Shown: positions 19,440 to 28,713 of the stretch, piece after piece
How positions within the stretch are numbered: the stretch's first letter is position 1
Layout: the number at the start of each line of letters is the position of its first letter
Assembly: GCA_009927195.1 (NCBI GenBank)
Contig: RFNL01000372.1
Span: 9,785-73,784 of the forward strand
Direction of reading: 5' to 3'
Length of the DNA stretch: 64,000 bases
From: Betaproteobacteria bacterium
GTDB lineage: Bacteria; Pseudomonadota; Gammaproteobacteria; Burkholderiales; Burkholderiaceae_C
Notes under the pieces: model-generated
What the model was told of the DNA's origin: nothing
The model's database searches: none
The model's input: only the letters and a program-made list of their open reading frames with translations
Translations under genes and position numbers: made by a program

Positions 19440-19799
19440 ATGGCAACTTCAGTTGCATCACAACTGGCCAAATTACGTAAAGAACGTGAAGCGCTTGAAA
19501 AGCGTGAAAAAGCCTTGCAGGCCAGAACCCACTCTCGTGCCATTGAAAAAATTTTGGTCATTGCCAAAGATGCCGCACTGACCGCTGCAGACATTACAGC
19601 TGCCATGGGATCTGGCAAAAAGAAGACTGCAAAATCCAAATCTGTCGGTGCAAACAAGAGCCCAGTGTCCAGGGGTAAAGTGGCGCCAAAATACAGGAAC
19701 CCAGCGAATGCCAGCCAAACTTGGACCGGTCGTGGTAAATCACCTGTATGGGTGCAAGCCCTGAAAGTCGCAGGGACATTGGATGCGGCTTTGATTTAA
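19440..19799 (+). CDS. hns: H-NS family nucleoid-associated protein
   Basis: AGGAG RBS at 19426-19430 before ATG 19440; N-terminal coiled coil, Lys-rich linker, C-terminal KVAPKYRNP....TWTGRGKSPVW. Confidence 0.93.
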   Translation: MATSVASQLAKLRKEREALEKREKALQARTHSRAIEKILVIAKDAALTAADITAAMGSGKKKTAKSKSVGANKSPVSRGKVAPKYRNPANASQTWTGRGKSPVWVQALKVAGTLDAALI

Positions 19800-19815
19800 A
19801 CCCCTTGGCACATGC

Positions 19816-19850
19816 AAAAACCCGCTGGGTCAAAGACCAGCGGGTTTTTT
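19816..19850. terminator. Bidirectional rho-independent terminator
   Basis: aaaaa-cccgctgggtc-aaa-gaccagcggg-tttttt (one bulged G) between the convergent hns and pglL-like genes. Confidence 0.88.
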
Positions 19851-19854
19851 ATTG

Positions 19855-21546
19855 CTAGCTCGAAAATGCGTTAATGTTGCATTCCAGGGCCTTTAATTTC
19901 AATTGGTGCTCGTTCAGCGCATCCGACTGGCCCAATGTGATCAGACATTGTTGTTCGAATTCCCATTGTTGGGGATTTTGTTTGCGTTTTCCCAAGTCAA
20001 AAACAGCCATGCACCAATCATTAAACCCTGCTTGGTCGCGATTTGACAGCCAATAATGAGCCTGTGCAATATGCCGATGATCCTTGGCGGACCTGCTCAG
20101 CAAGAAGTGATTCAATAGCTGATCCTCCTGTGCTTGCGTTTTCATTTCAACTTGGCTGGTGGGCCATGGTTTTCTGAGAGCCCAAGCTTGGTAGCTCAGC
20201 CAGCCGGTGCCCGACAAATAGATGACAAGGGTGACAGTTAAAGCCCAAATCAGAGCCATCAAAGAACAAGGGATCAATTTTTGTTGAAGAAGCGCTACGC
20301 GGTGTGGCTTGATGGGTGGCACACCTGCGGCAATCACCATGGCCCATAGCCAAATGTGCACGGCAGACGAATGGAAAGGAAACTCGGTGAATTGGTGCAA
20401 GCCTATGGGCGTTAAACAAGCCAACCAGCCCAAACTGTGAAGTCCTGATTGATGGGCCATCCGAGTCAAAAAGAAAATCCATGGACCTGCAACGCAAACA
20501 ACGCCAAATGCGCCAGTTTCAACAGCCCACAACAAAACTTCATTGTGCGGATGGCCAAGGTTATGGATGTATTCCAGTGGCTCGCCGCTTTGCACCATTT
20601 GCACAAATGCGGGCGTGAACAGTTCAGAAAATTTGCCAATTCCATGACCCCACCAGGGGGCTTGTTGCCACAAAAAAATGCAGACTTTGATAAAAGAGAG
20701 CCGAGAGGTGGTGGACAGACCATTTTTCAGGTCGTGCAATCTGTTGAGCACATCACCGAAAATGACAGCCAACAAAATACCCATCAACATACCGGCGACA
20801 GCCCACCACCAAATTGACCGATTGTGTGGCTTGCAGATGATGACCCAGGATGAAAATAGAATCATCGCGAGCGTCAAGCCCAGCATGCCGACGCGTGAAC
20901 CAGACTTGAAGATGACCAATGCGTGAACCAAGGTCATGAAAATCAAGCCCGATATTTGCCAAACAGGCAGACGAGATGATTGCTTCACATGCAACCATAG
21001 GCTGTATATCAAACTGGTGGCCATGAAACTGGCGAGTAAATTGGGCTGTTGAAAACCACCCTCAGCGGCCCTCAGTGGCAATGGCAATGACAGCCAGACT
21101 GCAGGCCAGTCCAGGTACTTGGGACTGGTCAATGTCACCAAACACAGCAATGTTGTTCCAGCTGTGAGAATTTGAGATAACTTGCACCAATTTTTATCGG
21201 TGTATTCCACTTGGGCCAGTCCGATGACCAAGCATGCAAATATTGCCAAAACCGCTGCAGACAACCAGGGGTAGTGGGGAAAACTACCCGTGGGCACATT
21301 GGCCGCATGCAAAAGCACAAACAGGGACGGAATGAATAAGCAGCCAGCAGAACCCTGCCAACTGATTTGGCGAGATACAAAAACCTGGGACCAACTCGCT
21401 GCGCAGATGATGCACATCATGGCACCGACAAACATATTCCTCGGCGTGAGGTTATTGCCTAAATTGGGTAAGTTCCACTGCAATAAGAGCCAGCACAAAA
21501 TGCAGGTTAGTAATCCCAATCGAGGGTTGAATGGGCTGTTAACCAT
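19855..21546 (-). CDS. PglL-like O-oligosaccharyltransferase (O-antigen ligase/Wzy_C family)
   Basis: Polytopic membrane protein; FQQPNLLASF, SGSRVG, PWWGHGIGKF, HPHNEVLLWAVETG, H...EFP motifs. Confidence 0.82.
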   Translation of the reverse strand: MVNSPFNPRLGLLTCILCWLLLQWNLPNLGNNLTPRNMFVGAMMCIICAASWSQVFVSRQISWQGSAGCLFIPSLFVLLHAANVPTGSFPHYPWLSAAVLAIFACLVIGLAQVEYTDKNWCKLSQILTAGTTLLCLVTLTSPKYLDWPAVWLSLPLPLRAAEGGFQQPNLLASFMATSLIYSLWLHVKQSSRLPVWQISGLIFMTLVHALVIFKSGSRVGMLGLTLAMILFSSWVIICKPHNRSIWWWAVAGMLMGILLAVIFGDVLNRLHDLKNGLSTTSRLSFIKVCIFLWQQAPWWGHGIGKFSELFTPAFVQMVQSGEPLEYIHNLGHPHNEVLLWAVETGAFGVVCVAGPWIFFLTRMAHQSGLHSLGWLACLTPIGLHQFTEFPFHSSAVHIWLWAMVIAAGVPPIKPHRVALLQQKLIPCSLMALIWALTVTLVIYLSGTGWLSYQAWALRKPWPTSQVEMKTQAQEDQLLNHFLLSRSAKDHRHIAQAHYWLSNRDQAGFNDWCMAVFDLGKRKQNPQQWEFEQQCLITLGQSDALNEHQLKLKALECNINAFSS

Positions 21547-21586
21547 GCGGGAAAATGCGCCAGTAGGCGATCAATACGGGCCAAAC

Positions 21587-22039
21587 TCAGCGCAGTTTCA
21601 AATTTCTCCGCAATACAACTGGCTTACCCCCCAGGCTTCTTTTGCACATCCAGTGGGCCAAGGCTGAATCCAAATGATCGGTGTGGGATGGAAACCAGTG
21701 AACCAATTCGGCAATGAGGCTGCGACCAATTTCAAATTGCCCCTCGCGCACCAAAGCAATCACTTCCGTGACAGATTTCATGACAGCGGCATGTTCATCA
21801 ATGTGGCAATCTCTGGGTGGGAATTGGGTCTCCTCCATCAATTGGTTTTCCAAATCAAAGTGGACTTTGGCATGTTGCGCAAATTCATCCAGGGCGCCAG
21901 CTAATTCTTTGTCAGAGGCCTGTAACATTTTCGAAACGACTTCAACAAACTCTTGATGCATATCATCCATGGGCCGATAACCCAAAATGAACTTATCGGT
22001 CCATTCAAAATCTTCAGTGGTGGTGTGGGGACTGTTCAT
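21587..22039 (-). CDS. Single-domain hemerythrin-like protein
   Basis: W....LG...MDDMHQEF, HAKVHFDLENQLM, CHIDEH, WFPSHTDHLD iron-ligand pattern; ATG 22039 avoids the overlap with iclR. Confidence 0.9.
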   Translation of the reverse strand: MNSPHTTTEDFEWTDKFILGYRPMDDMHQEFVEVVSKMLQASDKELAGALDEFAQHAKVHFDLENQLMEETQFPPRDCHIDEHAAVMKSVTEVIALVREGQFEIGRSLIAELVHWFPSHTDHLDSALAHWMCKRSLGGKPVVLRRNLKLR

Positions 22040-22086
22040 GCAGATTATTGGACGGCAGGCGTCAAATGGCGTATCAGAGAACTGGC

Positions 22087-22869
22087 TCAAATGGATTTTC
22101 TGAATCCCAAGGCTACAGAGATTTGCTGAGCGGTTGTTTGCAGTTTGGGCAACCACTCATCGCTCATGCGATCGCTGGGTGCAGATATGGACAAGCCCGC
22201 TATCAATTTCGATTGATCGTCGTAGATGCCAGCCGCCAAACACCGCACACCCAATTCAAGTTCTTCATTGTCATGGGCCACGCCATATTGCCGTACTTTG
22301 GAAAGCTCCCTCTCCAGCAAACTGATTTGGGTAATGCTATTGCGGGTCTGTCCATTCAAACCGGTTCGGGTGGCATAGGCGCGAACTTTTTGAATGTCAT
22401 CTGCAGACAAAAAAAGCTTGCCCACGGATGTCAAGTGCAGGGGTGCTCTTCCACCAATGGCACGTACGACTTGCATACCTGAGCGTTCGCTAAATGCCCT
22501 TTCAATGTAAATGATCTCATCACCTTGTCGGACGCTGAGGTTGACAGGTTGTTGAATTTGACGGTGCAACTCTCTCATGGGCAAAAGGGCTGCATCGCGA
22601 ACATTCAGCCTGCCTTTGACCAAGTTACCCAACTCGAGCAGGCGCATTCCCAATCGATAACTTCCGGGCTCAGGTCTGTCCACAAAACGCCCACAAGCCA
22701 GGTCATTGAGGATGCGATGGGCCGTGGAAGGATGCAAGCCGCTCTTTTCGCTGATTTCCTTGAGAGAAACGGCATCTTCTCGGGAAGAGAGGACATCAAT
22801 CAGCGCAAAAATACGTTCGATAACCTGAATGGATGGGGTTGCGGCGTGGAGGGCATCTACTTTTCGCAT
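22087..22869 (-). CDS. IclR family transcriptional regulator
   Basis: [23 protein letters not shown]; [34 protein letters not shown]. Confidence 0.95.
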   Translation of the reverse strand: MRKVDALHAATPSIQVIERIFALIDVLSSREDAVSLKEISEKSGLHPSTAHRILNDLACGRFVDRPEPGSYRLGMRLLELGNLVKGRLNVRDAALLPMRELHRQIQQPVNLSVRQGDEIIYIERAFSERSGMQVVRAIGGRAPLHLTSVGKLFLSADDIQKVRAYATRTGLNGQTRNSITQISLLERELSKVRQYGVAHDNEELELGVRCLAAGIYDDQSKLIAGLSISAPSDRMSDEWLPKLQTTAQQISVALGFRKSI

Positions 22870-23627
22870 GGCGCAATTTTAGATGATGGATAGGGTGCTT
22901 TTTGCCATTGCCCATTGATGAGCAATTCGTGCGGTGCAAAACGAGCTTTATAGTTCATTTTGGGGCTGTTCTCGATCCAATAGCCCAGGTACAAGTAAGG
23001 CAAGCCCAGTTCAAGGCACTGCTCGATTTGCCACAGAACACCATAAGTACCATAGTCCGTAGCTGGCTCTGGTTCGAAAAAGGTATAAACCGCAGATATG
23101 CCGTTGTTGAGAACGTCCAAAATGGCCACCATTTTCAGGGGACCTGTTTCGCCATCGGGAACTGGTTTTCGAAACTCGACCAATCGTGAATTCACCCGGC
23201 TTTGCAACAAAAATTGGGTGTATTGGTCAACGCTATCTTGATCCATGCCACCGCCAGAGTGGCGTCCATTTTGATATCGCAAATACAAGCGATAGTGTTC
23301 ATTTGTATAGCCAAGGTTGGAGATGCGCGCCACAAGGTCTTTGTGTCGGTGATGTGCACGTCGCTGGCTTCTGCTTGGGATGAAATCTTTGACAGCTACC
23401 CGAAGTGGGATGCATGACAGACACCCATCACAATAAGGGCGATAGGTGAACATGCCACTGCGTCTGAAACCCCTATCGACCAGTTCGGAATACACGTCGT
23501 TGTGGATCAAATGGCTGGGTGTGGCTACTTGTGAGCGAGCTTGTAGCTGTGGCAGATAGCTGCAAGGATAGGGTGCCGTTGCATAAAACTGCAATGTCTG
23601 AAGTGGCAAATCTTTGAGGTGGGTCAC
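22857..23627 (-). CDS. bpt: Aspartate/glutamate leucyltransferase Bpt (ATE1-like)
   Basis: [50 protein letters not shown] 23627 forms a GTGA overlap with the aat stop. Confidence 0.94.
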   Translation of the reverse strand: MTHLKDLPLQTLQFYATAPYPCSYLPQLQARSQVATPSHLIHNDVYSELVDRGFRRSGMFTYRPYCDGCLSCIPLRVAVKDFIPSRSQRRAHHRHKDLVARISNLGYTNEHYRLYLRYQNGRHSGGGMDQDSVDQYTQFLLQSRVNSRLVEFRKPVPDGETGPLKMVAILDVLNNGISAVYTFFEPEPATDYGTYGVLWQIEQCLELGLPYLYLGYWIENSPKMNYKARFAPHELLINGQWQKAPYPSSKIAPCEK

Positions 23628-24388
23628 GTCAGATGCTGCGATGTTGTCAAAAAGTGAGACCAGTATACGGGCAGCAATTCCCACTTTGGAGCCGGTTTTT
23701 CGATGGCGGTTGCCAAATCTTTCAAAAATAAATCTCGGGCGACAGGGGCTGCGCCCAAACTGGCCAAGTGATGGGTCTGTTGTTGACAGTCGATGGCGCC
23801 AATACCGTTGTAATGGCAAAAAGATACCAGTGCCGTCAGCGCAAATTTGGAGGCATTGGTTTCACGGCTAAACATGGATTCACCAAAAACAGCTTGTCCG
23901 ATCGAAACACAATACAGGCCTCCCGCCAACTGTCCTTCGATCCAAGTTTCCACACTGTGTGCATAGCCCATGAGGTGCAGTTGGGCATAGGCCGAAAGCA
24001 TTTCGGGCTGAATCCAGGTGCCATCTTGACCAGGCCTTTTTTGTTGAGCGCACATGTCAACGACGGCTTCAAAATCATGATCCACCCGAATTTCCAATTG
24101 GTTCTTAAGCAGGGCTTTTTTCAAAGCTTTTTTGAGAGATCGGTGAAACTTAAAGTGGGATGGTTGCAAAACCATTCTGGGGTTCATGCTCCACCATAAG
24201 ACCATTTGATCCTGGCTGTACCAAGGAAAAATACCTTTTGTGTAAGCTTCTATCAAACGTTTCGCAGACATATCTGAACCCGCTGCAACCAGTCCGTCCC
24301 ACGGGGTTTCTGAACCCAGAGCCTGTGCGGCCAACGGCAAGGGTTCGTCAAGCCCAATGACGGGTATAGGAAAACGAGGAGAATGCAT
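23624..24388 (-). CDS. aat: Leucyl/phenylalanyl-tRNA--protein transferase
   Basis: GLVAAG, AY..GIFPW, WWS..PR, TWI, AHSVETW, GGLY, FGESMFS, ASKFAL, IDCQQ.T.HL.SLGA. Confidence 0.96.
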   Translation of the reverse strand: MHSPRFPIPVIGLDEPLPLAAQALGSETPWDGLVAAGSDMSAKRLIEAYTKGIFPWYSQDQMVLWWSMNPRMVLQPSHFKFHRSLKKALKKALLKNQLEIRVDHDFEAVVDMCAQQKRPGQDGTWIQPEMLSAYAQLHLMGYAHSVETWIEGQLAGGLYCVSIGQAVFGESMFSRETNASKFALTALVSFCHYNGIGAIDCQQQTHHLASLGAAPVARDLFLKDLATAIEKPAPKWELLPVYWSHFLTTSQHLT

Positions 24389-24390
24389 GG

Positions 24391-25578
24391 ATGAAAGCTT
24401 TGTTAAAGTTGTCCGATGTACAGCTTATCCAAGCACAAGCTCACATGATCAAGAAGTCCTTAGATTCTGGCTTTATCGTGCTTTCGGGTCAATCCGGGCT
24501 TTCAAATCAATCGGAAATTTGGTTTGAGAACTTTATTCGACAATCAAGATGGAATCCTTGGCTGGAAATCCATCATTTCCAATCGACTGAAGAACACGGC
24601 ACCCTCTACCAATTAAGCATTGAAGGAAGGGCACTGCATACCCCTTGGTGCGATACCCTGCACTTGAGGCTGATCGATGATTTGTGGATAACGGACCCGG
24701 AAAAAGCTTTGGATGAGGAAATTCTGTTGGGTTTGTTGACCAGCCCATACCTTCAAAAATTCCCAAACTACGATGAAATTGTGAGTGCATTGCGGGTCAG
24801 GCGATTGATAGCCCAAGCGGGACAATTGACTTCGCTGAAATTCGATACCAGGGCAGTTGATAGACCCATGTCACACTGGAGTTATCAGGAAGAACTTGGT
24901 TTTACACTGCGCAAAGATTGCTCCTTGATTGAGGCCCTGCGCTTGGCCACTCAACCTTCATATTCTGGGGTTGAATACGCATTTTCTTGTTATCGCGCGT
25001 CCGAGTACGTTATTTTGTTGGGTATTGTTGAAGAAGCGAAGATCTCAAATCCGGATTTTTATGAAAAATTGCATCGGCAATGGGAAAAAAAAGCCATTGC
25101 ATCGGGCGCTTTTCATGAAACTTTTTTGCTGGAACATGGCAGCCTTTCCGAGCCCGTTCCCATGCGCCATTACATCCCGGGTGACCGGGTTTGGTTTCGC
25201 AACCCTGATTCAATATCAAGCAATGTTTCGGGTTATGAAGGTTCGTGGGTAATTTACCTGGGCAATGGACTGTTCAGTAATTTTTGGGCCAATCTCCATC
25301 CCTTTAACTTAGAGGAAAAGTGCCTGGAGATTTACCATTGGCGTGATGGTGCTTTTCAAGATGATGCGGGTGTTTGGCAAATGGATGAATCCTTGGTTTC
25401 AGAAATGGTGCGCATCAGTAAATCTCATCCCCTAAAAAAGGCGAGCATACTGAACCAAATGCTTAGATATCGCGAAGCTTCAGGTATTTATTTTCAAGGT
25501 GGTTGTATTGACGCTTCGCGGGAGTCTCCGCGTTTAATCAGACCTGGGACCTGCAATATGGTTCTGCTTGATGTTTAA
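24391..25578 (+). CDS. Putative protein-glutamine gamma-glutamyltransferase (Tgl-like)
   Basis: YAFSCYRA (Cys codon 24988-24990) and YIPGDRVWFRNPD...G..VIYLG resemble, as I recall them, the Bacillus Tgl YAFECATA and PGD..YFKNP...GENVILLG segments. Start may be ATG 24445. Confidence 0.68.
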   Translation: MKALLKLSDVQLIQAQAHMIKKSLDSGFIVLSGQSGLSNQSEIWFENFIRQSRWNPWLEIHHFQSTEEHGTLYQLSIEGRALHTPWCDTLHLRLIDDLWITDPEKALDEEILLGLLTSPYLQKFPNYDEIVSALRVRRLIAQAGQLTSLKFDTRAVDRPMSHWSYQEELGFTLRKDCSLIEALRLATQPSYSGVEYAFSCYRASEYVILLGIVEEAKISNPDFYEKLHRQWEKKAIASGAFHETFLLEHGSLSEPVPMRHYIPGDRVWFRNPDSISSNVSGYEGSWVIYLGNGLFSNFWANLHPFNLEEKCLEIYHWRDGAFQDDAGVWQMDESLVSEMVRISKSHPLKKASILNQMLRYREASGIYFQGGCIDASRESPRLIRPGTCNMVLLDV

Positions 25579-25595
25579 TTTTTCAAGGATCTTCT

Positions 25596-26402
25596 ATGGC
25601 CGCACATTTTGAAAACGATACACCATTTGTTTTGCTGGACAGGCCTGGCCCTGGGATCGTGAAGATTTGCATGAACAGGCCCCAATCGTTCAATGCCTTG
25701 TCCAGCGAAATGATGTCGGCATTGCATTCACATTTGGATCAGTTAAAAAATGATGACACATGCCGGGTGATTGTTCTTTGTGCGATGGGGAAGGCATTTT
25801 CTGCAGGTCATGACTTGCGTGAAATGACATCGCACCCCAGTAAAGAATTTTACGAATCACTTTTTTCTCAATGCTCACAATTGATGATGAGCCTACAAGC
25901 TTTGCCACAACCTGTTATCGCGCAAGTTGATGGCATTGCAACAGCTGCAGGATGTCAGTTGGTCTCTATGTGTGATTTGGCCATCGCCAGTGACACATCT
26001 AAATTTGCTGTATCCGGTATCCATTACGGCCTGTTTTGTTCAACACCCAGTGTGGGCCTTTCACGCAATGTGTCTCGAAAAAAAGCCATGGAGATGTTGT
26101 TGACGGGAGACTTCATCACCGCCGATGAGGCCGCAAATTTTTGTTTGATCAATAGAAGTGTCCCTGCCGAAATGTTGGAGACTGAAGTCATGGCAATGTG
26201 CCTGAAAATCATCGATAAACCATCGATTGCGGTATCTCTGGGCAAGTCAATGTTTTATCAACAAATTGAAATGGGAATGTCGTCCGCCTATCAATTGGCC
26301 GGCCAGGTGATGGCATGCAATATGTTGGACTCGGCGGCGCAAGAAGGGTTTCAAGCGTTTCTTGAAAAGAGAAAGCCTGCATGGAAATCAGATCCTGCAT
26401 GA
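25596..26402 (+). CDS. Enoyl-CoA hydratase/isomerase family protein
   Basis: NRP..FNALS, FSAGHDL, PQPVIA.V.GIATAAGCQLV, GLFCSTP, EMLLTG, EGF.AFLEKRKP. Confidence 0.95.
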   Translation: MAAHFENDTPFVLLDRPGPGIVKICMNRPQSFNALSSEMMSALHSHLDQLKNDDTCRVIVLCAMGKAFSAGHDLREMTSHPSKEFYESLFSQCSQLMMSLQALPQPVIAQVDGIATAAGCQLVSMCDLAIASDTSKFAVSGIHYGLFCSTPSVGLSRNVSRKKAMEMLLTGDFITADEAANFCLINRSVPAEMLETEVMAMCLKIIDKPSIAVSLGKSMFYQQIEMGMSSAYQLAGQVMACNMLDSAAQEGFQAFLEKRKPAWKSDPA

Positions 26403-26440
26403 CGTTCAATGGTTCAAAATATTTTCATTCAGAGGCCTGA

Positions 26441-27490
26441 ATGAGCAACTTTATCTACAACGCCTGGTATGTGGCATGTCTATCCAGCGAGTTAGGTTCG
26501 ACCATGGTGGCCAGAACATATCTGAATAAGCCAGTGGTTTTGTACCGGGATCAACAGTCCAATCCAGCAGCCTTAGAGGATGCCTGCCCACATCGGAAAT
26601 TGCCCCTTTCGATGGGGCGTCTCAAGGGTGATTGGATTGAATGCGGCTACCACGGCTTGACTTTTGACCAAAGCGGCATTTGCGTCAGTGCGCCCACGCA
26701 AGATCGTGTGCCAGCCTTTGCTTGTGTACACAGCTACCCAGTTTGCGAACGCTGGGGTTTGATTTGGATTTGGATGGGGGATCCAAAACTTGCCGATACC
26801 AATGAAATTCCGCAGATTGAACATTACGACAATCCCCAATGGCATATTACCCGTGGTGATTCCTTGGTCGTCCAATGCCACTATTTGTGGCTGGCAGATA
26901 ATTTATTGGACCCTTCGCATGTGGCTTGGGTGCACCAATCTTCGTTTGCTTCGGCTGGAACAGATAAAACACCAATGATCATTGAAAGCGATGAAAAGTC
27001 AGTTGTTTGTCACCGCTGGATCCACAATGCTGCACCGCCTATTTTTTATGCACCGCTGGTCAAATTCTCGGGCCCTGCCGATCGGTTGCAACATTACGAA
27101 GTGCGATACCCAAGTTGGGCCATCAACAAGACCGTTTTCACACCTGCTGGTTTTGGTGGAGATCATTTCGATCCCAATGATTCTTTGACTTACATCATGG
27201 TGTCGCATAATTTTTTGACACCGATTGATGAAGATAAAACCCATTACTTTTGGCTGCAACACAGGAATACGGATCCCCTGGATGAGTCCATTACAAAAAG
27301 AAATGCAGAGGGTGCGAAAACAGCATTTCTAGAGGATAAGCAGGTTTTGGAAGCGGTACACAAAGGCATGAAAAATAGCAAGGCCCGCCCCCAAATGATG
27401 GGGCTGGATGCCGCAGCCATACGTTTCAGGCAAGGCACCCAAAAAATCATTGACTCAGAACACTTGTCTCATGACGACGCATCCTTGTAA
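26441..27490 (+). CDS. Rieske non-heme iron oxygenase alpha subunit (VanA/DdmC-like)
   Basis: Rieske ligands CPHR...CGYHG; mononuclear iron motif DNLLDPSHVAWVH; distal ED..VLE. Confidence 0.92.
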   Translation: MSNFIYNAWYVACLSSELGSTMVARTYLNKPVVLYRDQQSNPAALEDACPHRKLPLSMGRLKGDWIECGYHGLTFDQSGICVSAPTQDRVPAFACVHSYPVCERWGLIWIWMGDPKLADTNEIPQIEHYDNPQWHITRGDSLVVQCHYLWLADNLLDPSHVAWVHQSSFASAGTDKTPMIIESDEKSVVCHRWIHNAAPPIFYAPLVKFSGPADRLQHYEVRYPSWAINKTVFTPAGFGGDHFDPNDSLTYIMVSHNFLTPIDEDKTHYFWLQHRNTDPLDESITKRNAEGAKTAFLEDKQVLEAVHKGMKNSKARPQMMGLDAAAIRFRQGTQKIIDSEHLSHDDASL

Positions 27491-28053
27491 TAACCAATGA
27501 TGTCGCCTTGGGTGGTCACGCCCAAGCCGTTCAGCAAACGGTTTGAATAATTGAAATAGGCACATACTTGATTCACTTCAAGGATCTCACCGTCATCACA
27601 ACCGGCATTTTGCAGATCTTCGATGTCTTCTTTCTTCATTTCGCTGACAGACACAGTCAATTTGTGGGCGTAAGCCAGCAAGGCAGCTTCCTTGGCGGTA
27701 AAGGCGAGCGACCAATTTTGCGTTGAAATTGATTGCCAAATGGCCTCGGCTTTGACTTCATTGTTGATCAATCTTTTGGCATTGGCAAAATGGTGTGTCA
27801 AACTGTAATCGCATTGATTGGCCATACTCACGCAAGATGCAATGGCCTCTAAAAACCAGAAGGGCAGGGTATTTTCTGGGTTATGCAACACATTTTTGTA
27901 CAAAACCAAGTGACCTTCCATGGTGTGAGGTCTGAGGCTGTGCGCCTTCATCACATTGTCTACTGTGCCGTGGGGAGTTGTGACCCGTTGATACATCTCT
28001 TTCAACTTTCCGGTGGCCTCTTCCAGAGGGATCATTCTTATCCATGCGCTCAT
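27469..28053 (-). CDS. AhpD-like peroxidase-related protein (CMD family)
   Basis: HSLRPH, EAIA..VS..NQCDYSLTHH, AYFNYSNRL..GLGV. Confidence 0.85.
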   Translation of the reverse strand: MSAWIRMIPLEEATGKLKEMYQRVTTPHGTVDNVMKAHSLRPHTMEGHLVLYKNVLHNPENTLPFWFLEAIASCVSMANQCDYSLTHHFANAKRLINNEVKAEAIWQSISTQNWSLAFTAKEAALLAYAHKLTVSVSEMKKEDIEDLQNAGCDDGEILEVNQVCAYFNYSNRLLNGLGVTTQGDIIGYYKDASS

Positions 28054-28068
28054 ATGATTGATTAAAAG

Positions 28069-28713
28069 TCAAGAGTTTTGCGAAAGTATCCATTTTTCAG
28101 TGGCAAGCTTCCAGGGCGCCAGTGCGGTTGCCACAACTGGAATTTGATGCCCCGTTTGCCACCACTTTGTCCATCGGTCAGGGGTTGAAAAGTCTTCACC
28201 ACAGGCCTGAAGCAATTGAACTGCCAGGGGAATATTGACCAAAAACCCGCAATCGGACAAAGAAACTTGACCGTGATTGAATCGAAAATCTTGAATTTCC
28301 CATGCACTCATATGCTCTAACATGATGAAAAGCGATTGTTTTGTTTGCGCAATGACATTCACGTTTCTTTGGCTGAGTTTGATGTGTGGAAACAAGTTTC
28401 TGACCAAGGGCTCAAAATATAAATCATGAAATCGCGCATGGAACCGCGCATCGGCTCGCGCCAACAGATTGGCAGGAAGCATTGGGGGATAGGGGTACTT
28501 TTCCTCCAAATATTCCAATATGACCTCTGACTCACTGATGATTGCGCCATCAGACATCAAAGCAGGGATGCGCCCAGTGCGTACGATTTGGCGATATGAA
28601 TCTGATTTATATCCGCCTGGAGGAGCGATCTCTTGGTAATGAAGGCCTTTGTATTCGAGCGCAATTCGAACTTTTGCACTGTAACTTGATAAGGCGGTCG
28701 CGTAAAAAATCAA
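28069..28713 (-). CDS. Glutathione S-transferase family protein
   Basis: LSSYSAKVRIALEYKGL, GRIPAL, ISESEVILEYLEE, SLSDC. Confidence 0.92.
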   Translation of the reverse strand: MIFYATALSSYSAKVRIALEYKGLHYQEIAPPGGYKSDSYRQIVRTGRIPALMSDGAIISESEVILEYLEEKYPYPPMLPANLLARADARFHARFHDLYFEPLVRNLFPHIKLSQRNVNVIAQTKQSLFIMLEHMSAWEIQDFRFNHGQVSLSDCGFLVNIPLAVQLLQACGEDFSTPDRWTKWWQTGHQIPVVATALAPWKLATEKWILSQNS

